Source: Paramoeba atlantica (lineage: Eukaryota; Protista; Discosea). From it: a stretch of 64,000 nt of DNA. The notes under the pieces were generated by a model. That model was not told where the DNA came from. It was given only the letters and a program-made list of their open reading frames with translations, and did no database searches. This document shows, in pieces, positions 61,007 to 64,000 of this stretch (position 1 is the stretch's first letter; each line of letters starts with the position of its first letter). The stretch is from assembly GCA_977017575.1 (NCBI GenBank), contig CDRNVI010000015.1, forward strand, positions 248,001 through 312,000, in the 5' to 3' direction. Position numbers and translations under genes: made by a program.

Positions 61007-62044
61007 ATGAATTTTTGGGGTGCAAAGACGGAATCTCCAGCACTTGAAGAATCACGGGAAGTTGATGATACCTCGCACATACCAGACACTACGCCTGAAT
61101 CCAAAGCGCGAGAGGACGCCGTTAACATCCGGAATAAACTTAGAGAAGAGCTTCGTCACAAACCGAAACCTGGTCAACACTTTTCATATGAAAAAATTTT
61201 CCGTCCCGCAGCTCGCGTTCTAATGGAACAAGCTATGGGTGAGGGAGGGGAAGGTCTGTCCCTCGTCTCCACGAATCAAACGATGAATCTCAGCACAACC
61301 ACCAAGTACGTCCTTAATAATCGCCAGACCAGCGCATGGGAAATCACCCTCCAATCTCACGGTTTCTCCGACTTCGTCAGCGCAACCTACAGCACCCTGA
61401 ATCGTTACCAGCTCATGTACCAACGCATCTTCAAAACCGGAGCCATGGGGGTCGCCCAATGGATGGTCCAACCCAGTCCCCTGGCCCCCGGTCCCGTCCC
61501 CCCGGGCAACTTCTTCGGTCTCCTCGAGTACCCCTGGCGCCCCCACGGCTGCACCGCGCTCTCCTACCTCAAAGGCCAGCACCTCGCCCTCAGCCACACC
61601 GAGCGCCCCCTCCGCGGCCTCTACCTCGGCTCCACCCTCACCTACGACCTCACCACCCACGACACCACCGCCGCCTACGCCCTCCAGTCCACCTCCCCCG
61701 ACCGCAGGCACACTCTCGCCGCCGAGTACAAGTCCAACGGCGACCTGCGCCTCGCGCTGCTCCACCGCCACTGGCCCACCGACACCGAGGCCGTGCTCGA
61801 GGTCGACCTCGCGCGGCGCAAGAGCGGCGCCCGCACCTCCGGCCTCACCGCGGGCCTCCGACGAAACCTGCTCGGGGGCGGGGTGCTCAACCTCGTGGTG
61901 AGCCCCCTCGCCAAGGTCCGCGGGATGCTGGAGCTGCCGTTCGGGCAGCTGGAGCGCGGGGGGGGCCCGGTGAAGGTGGCGTACAACGTGAGTTATGACC
62001 TCCCCTCGAGCACGGTGAAACATGGGGTGACGATTCAGATGTGA
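61007..62044 (+). CDS. ATOM40: ATOM40 (kinetoplastid Tom40-type mitochondrial outer-membrane translocase beta-barrel)
   Basis: Alternating beta-strand pattern. GFSDFVSATYSTLNRYQLMYQR, EYPW..GCT..YLKGQ..SH..R..RGLYLGS and C-terminal YNVSYD..KHG match T. brucei ATOM40 as recalled. Confidence 0.8.
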   Translation: MNFWGAKTESPALEESREVDDTSHIPDTTPESKAREDAVNIRNKLREELRHKPKPGQHFSYEKIFRPAARVLMEQAMGEGGEGLSLVSTNQTMNLSTTTKYVLNNRQTSAWEITLQSHGFSDFVSATYSTLNRYQLMYQRIFKTGAMGVAQWMVQPSPLAPGPVPPGNFFGLLEYPWRPHGCTALSYLKGQHLALSHTERPLRGLYLGSTLTYDLTTHDTTAAYALQSTSPDRRHTLAAEYKSNGDLRLALLHRHWPTDTEAVLEVDLARRKSGARTSGLTAGLRRNLLGGGVLNLVVSPLAKVRGMLELPFGQLERGGGPVKVAYNVSYDLPSSTVKHGVTIQM

Positions 62045-62049
62045 GGATC

Positions 62050-62093
62050 GGGGGTGGGGCGGGGGAGAGGGGGGGGGGGGTTTGGGGTGTGGG
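62050..62093 (+). repeat. G-tract cluster (potential G-quadruplex) just 3' of ATOM40
   Basis: ggggg t gggg c ggggg aga gggggggggggg ttt gggg tgt ggg: six tracts of 3 or more G with 1-3 nt loops. Confidence 0.8.
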
Positions 62094-62433
62094 CGATGGA
62101 TTGTGCCTTGGAGGTTTTTTTTTCGTTTAAGGGGTATGTTACTGGTTGGTGCTGATTGTGATTAGGGTTGAATCGGACGGCTCTGTGAAGGAGGCTCTTT
62201 TTTTATGGAGAAGGGTGTAAGATTTAGGGATGTTCCTGAAGTTTTGTGTTCTACTAACTTTTATTATCCTAATCTTTTCGATAGCAGGCGTTCTGTCGAA
62301 ACTTTGTATTCTAGTGCACAAATGCTGGTTTTTATTTTCTGCAATGTTTTTTTGACAAAGACAGGTATAGATGACATGTATACTTATACTTTAATTAGTG
62401 TAGAATAATACGCGCTGTACGTATCCGTTTATT

Positions 62434-63303
62434 ATGACCGAAATTGCCAAGGATTTGTGTGCAGGCACTATGGCTGGCATGATGTGCAAGGTTGTGGAAT
62501 ACCCTATGGACACTGTGAAAGTTCGTCTACAGGATATGCACTGCACCTACCGGGGTACTCTAGACTGCATAGTCCGCATGTTTCGAGAGGAGGGGCCACT
62601 TGGGTTTTATCGAGGCCTTCCCGCCCCGCTCTACGGGTGTATGATTGACACTGCGACCATCTTTGTCGTCTACAACGGTCTCTCCAACACATACCGCAAT
62701 TGGAAGGGCAGTGCGTTGAATTCTGATCTCCCATTAGCGGGGACGGCGGCCGCGGGGTTTGGCGCCGGTCTTGCCGTCTCTGTCGTGCTCACTCCGATAG
62801 AGTTGGTCAAGTGCCGCATGCAGGTGCAGGACACACTGCCTCCGGAGAAGCAAGTCTACAAGGGGGTGTGGCATTGCGCTTGCCGGACGGTGTCCCAGGA
62901 GGGTGTACGGGGACTATTCCGGGGGTACACCTCATTTGCCGCGCGCGAGGCTCCTGGGAGTGCATTATGGTACGCAGTGTATGAGGGACTGCGGTCGTAT
63001 CTTGCCCCGCACGGGGGTTCACGCTCAGATGTACCGCTACTTGGCACTGCCATGGCCGGGGCCGCAGCGGGATTCTCGTACTGGACCGCAACCTTTCCTA
63101 CAGATGTGGTAAAAACGCGAATCCAAGTGGATCCAGAGTATGCGAATCACACCTTGAAACAAGGACTTAAGGATGTGTACCGTGAAGGGGGAGTTCGATC
63201 TCTCTACAAAGGCTGGGGTGTGACGGTGGCTCGGGCCATGCCCTCGCACGCGTTGCTCTTTGTGACGTATGAATACTGCAAGAGGTATTTGGACACTTTG
63301 TAG
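62434..63303 (+). CDS. Mitochondrial carrier family protein (ornithine/carnitine carrier-like)
   Basis: Three carrier repeats with PxD/ExxK motifs: YPMDTVKVRLQ, TPIELVKCRMQ and FPTDVVKTRIQ. Also GLFRG..REAPG and RAMPSHA. Confidence 0.93.
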   Translation: MTEIAKDLCAGTMAGMMCKVVEYPMDTVKVRLQDMHCTYRGTLDCIVRMFREEGPLGFYRGLPAPLYGCMIDTATIFVVYNGLSNTYRNWKGSALNSDLPLAGTAAAGFGAGLAVSVVLTPIELVKCRMQVQDTLPPEKQVYKGVWHCACRTVSQEGVRGLFRGYTSFAAREAPGSALWYAVYEGLRSYLAPHGGSRSDVPLLGTAMAGAAAGFSYWTATFPTDVVKTRIQVDPEYANHTLKQGLKDVYREGGVRSLYKGWGVTVARAMPSHALLFVTYEYCKRYLDTL

Positions 63304-63849
63304 CGCGCTCGAGTAGTCCTTGGGGAAATCACATGATGTGGAACGCGCAGTATTGCATCGAAAGTTTGTGGCATCACACATGAATCATTTCCTGCAAATT
63401 GTTGTTTGCTCTATCCTCTGATTTCCTTGTTTCGTCTGATTCTTTTTTTAATTTTGTACCTTTTTTGGCCTAAATTTTTCATGGTGTTATTCATAGTGGC
63501 TGTTAAGTTCATGTTCAGATAAATGGGCGGCATTGATTCTACACTACAATTCCTAGTAAAGGGTTACTAAGAGTCGATATCCTTCTAATTATGTAGTAGC
63601 TTAATTATGTAATGGTTTATTAATTATGTAATAGCAAAAAGAAAGAATAGCATTTACTGTACTGAATAACAATCTAAAATAATACAACGTAACAACGGAC
63701 ACGCTACTGTTGTATGTTGTCCAAAATCGTACCATCAAGGGAAATGATCCTAATTTTAAATATACAATGTATGTATAAATCATAGATGTATAAATTAGAG
63801 TACGTTCTAGAGTATGGAGATTTCCAGCCATTAAAAGCGCGGTACGAAG

Positions 63850-64000
63850 ATGCAGATACTTTCATCTACCATTGAAGACAATTCGAAGGATACACCGTTT
63901 TCCTCTCTGCCAATATTAGCGGAGTTTACGGATGGGTCATCTAAAAACGTGGAGGTAGAATCACACACGAATCTTTCTGGTGTTATTATCGATTTGATTT
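63850..64000 (+). CDS. Possible start of the next gene (3'-truncated)
   Basis: ATG 63850 opens a frame (MQILSSTIEDNSKDTPF...) with no stop to the window end. Too short to identify. Confidence 0.35.
   Translation, partial: MQILSSTIEDNSKDTPFSSLPILAEFTDGSSKNVEVESHTNLSGVIIDLI

Larger units (their letters stand above)
1..64000 (+). other. Single-strand, intron-less gene array (putative kinetoplastid polycistronic transcription unit)
   Basis: Every recognisable host gene is on the + strand, uninterrupted, with mostly 0.1-0.6 kb spacers. Pyrimidine tracts and AG precede several ATGs. There is no strand switch in the window. TAA, TAG and TGA all serve as stops. Confidence 0.85.

Noticed and set aside
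61220-62023. 267-aa antisense ORF and 220-aa alternative-frame ORF (61336-61998) over ATOM40
   Set aside because: These are shadow ORFs from extreme GC and C-ending codon bias; the products are low-complexity Gly/Glu/Val or Pro/Arg strings.
1-64000. Stop-codon reassignment (Blastocrithidia-type code)
   Set aside because: Conserved genes have no in-frame stops and end on TAA, TAG and TGA alike.

Overview
This is eukaryotic DNA from a kinetoplastid. About 33 intron-less protein genes all lie head-to-tail on the + strand across the 64 kb, consistent with one polycistronic unit processed by trans-splicing, in the standard genetic code. Kinetoplastid signatures are an ATOM40-type Tom40, a trypanosome-type RPL34, a Tc38/RBP38-like multi-ArdC-N protein, a bacterial-type RtcB with a presequence, and TPI ending in SKL. 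The compact layout, very divergent PRP8 and a Merlin remnant would fit a Perkinsela/Prokinetoplastina-like lineage, but that is inference. Housekeeping genes include PRP8, PRP3, an FKBP-TPR tandem pair, CPR, RPLP1, RPL34, GTPBP1/2, PheRS-alpha, glyoxalase II, a MaoC/HTD2 dehydratase, EMC3, NUFIP1, a FANCJ-like helicase, exportin-T, exportin-7, SRP68, Sld5 and a mitochondrial carrier. Four things stand out. (1) Intergenic class II transposons: at least three families of TA-flanked, TIR-bounded non-autonomous elements, two of them with multiple copies and one nested, surround a decayed Merlin/IS1595 transposase at 40-44.6 kb. (2) GC-rich islands inside several genes switch from C-rich to G-rich on the + strand. 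(3) There are unusual domain fusions: FKBP-TPR plus three cold-shock domains, and a methyltransferase with an inserted UBR zinc finger. (4) A five-repeat ArdC-N gene is split by a -1 frameshift. All family assignments come from motif recognition by eye; no searches were run.
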